DNA of 64,000 nt from Chloroflexota bacterium (GTDB lineage Bacteria > Chloroflexota > Dormibacteria > CF-121). The stretch spans positions 38-64,037 of the forward strand of contig VBHO01000145.1 of assembly GCA_005882045.1 (NCBI GenBank). The letters are read 5' to 3'. Position numbers and translations under genes: made by a program. The notes beneath the pieces are model-generated. The model searched no databases and was not told where the DNA came from. It saw only the letters and a program-made list of their open reading frames with translations. Of the stretch, positions 63,136 to 64,000 are shown one piece after another. Each line of letters opens with the position of its first letter. Position 1 is the first letter of the stretch.

Positions 63136-64000
63136 GCGGGCGCCATCTTCGCCAGCCTGCCACTGCGAATCAGCTCGACGGCGGTGCGGATCTCTGGTTC
63201 CAGCACGCGGTCGTGGTCGAGGTGGGGCACCTGGGCGCGGATCGCGGCATGCGCGGCTCCGGTGAGCCGACCCGGCTTGAGCGGCGCCAGCAGGTCGATG
63301 CCCTGCGCCGCCCCCAGCGCCTCGAGCGCCAGGATGGTTTGCGTATTGGTGGCGACCTGCTGCGCGCGTTGGGCGCTGTGCCAGCCCATGCTGTTGTGGT
63401 CTTCCTGATCGGCCGAGGTGGGCAGCGAGTGGACGCTGGCAGGCGTCGACAGCAGTTGATTGTCGGTGACAAGCGCGGCCGCGGTGTACTGCAGGAGCAT
63501 GTAGCCGGAGTCGAGGCCGGAGTGGCGCGTGAGGAACGGCGGCAGCTCCGAGAGGAAGCCGGTCAGCATCCGGAAGAGTCGCCGCTCGGAGATACTGCCG
63601 AGCTCGCTGAGCGCGATGCTCGCCGTATCGAGCGCGAGCGCCAGCGGCTCACCATGGAAGTTGCCGCCCGACAGCACCGCCTCGTCCTCGGCGAAGACCA
63701 GCGGGTTGTCCGTCCCCGCGTTGAGCTCGATGTCAAGGACGCGACGCAGATAGTCGATGGCATCGGCGCAGGCGCCATGGACCTGGGCGGCACAACGGAG
63801 CGAGTACGCATCCTGGACGCGGTCGCAGAGCACGTGCGATTCGGCGATTCCGCTGCCTTCGGTCAGGGCGAAGATGCGGGCTGCCGACGCCACCTGACCC
63901 GGGTGCGGGCGGACCGCGTGAATCCGTGGATCGAAGGCGGTCCGCGAGCCACGCAGCGCCTCGACGCTGAGCGCCGCCACCACGTCCGCGGTCAACAGCA
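63132..64000 (-). CDS. hutH: histidine ammonia-lyase, C-terminal ~285 aa (gene continues beyond window end)
   Basis: PAL/HAL family C-terminal blocks ([27 protein letters not shown]). The 5' part with the MIO Ala-Ser-Gly triad lies outside the window. Confidence 0.85.
   Translation of the reverse strand, partial: LLTADVVAALSVEALRGSRTAFDPRIHAVRPHPGQVASAARIFALTEGSGIAESHVLCDRVQDAYSLRCAAQVHGACADAIDYLRRVLDIELNAGTDNPLVFAEDEAVLSGGNFHGEPLALALDTASIALSELGSISERRLFRMLTGFLSELPPFLTRHSGLDSGYMLLQYTAAALVTDNQLLSTPASVHSLPTSADQEDHNSMGWHSAQRAQQVATNTQTILALEALGAAQGIDLLAPLKPGRLTGAAHAAIRAQVPHLDHDRVLEPEIRTAVELIRSGRLAKMAPA

Overview
High-GC (~68-70% GC by eye) bacterial chromosomal segment, very gene-dense (~70 CDS), with pervasive 4-nt ATGA/GTGA and TGATG start/stop overlaps that indicate translationally coupled operons. 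Many long six-frame ORFs are antisense artefacts of the GC bias and were not called. I found no rRNA, tRNA, CRISPR array, IS element or prophage signature. The only mobile element is a ~393-aa intein with a LAGLIDADG homing endonuclease inserted in the class II ribonucleotide reductase gene nrdJ.

Gene content is core and catabolic metabolism of a high-GC lineage (Actinobacteria/Chloroflexota-like, judged from LCP, F420-type PPOX, EtfD-like and DUF4383 proteins):
- Two methylmalonyl-CoA modules: meaB, a split mutase large subunit and a B12-binding small subunit; and an epimerase, a second mutase large subunit, a PccB-like carboxyltransferase and sucCD.
- A leucine/short-chain acyl-CoA degradation cluster arranged divergently: thiolase, two acyl-CoA dehydrogenases and hbd on one strand; crotonase, HMG-CoA lyase and a carboxyltransferase beta subunit on the other.
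- hemA-hemL, tdh-kbl with an adjacent ECF sigma/anti-sigma pair, and a histidine-utilisation cluster (hutH-hutU-hutI plus a split folate-dependent formimidoyltransferase and cyclodeaminase).
- typA, polX, galU, coaE, ribosomal protein L25, and many envelope and secreted proteins (LCP, L,D-transpeptidase, CHAP, CE4 deacetylase, GH5, SGNH hydrolases, ABC exporters).

The most unusual places:
- a 21-codon lysine-rich micro-ORF with a near-perfect Shine-Dalgarno sequence;
- a ~580-bp structured, apparently non-coding region between that micro-ORF and the nrdJ terminator;
- the nrdJ intein;
- an EtfD-like membrane Fe-S oxidoreductase;
- several conserved hypothetical operon partners (downstream of polX, typA and galU);
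- two genes (hemL, ftcD) with no canonical start codon in frame.

I cannot name a single new system with confidence; the candidates are listed as separate findings.
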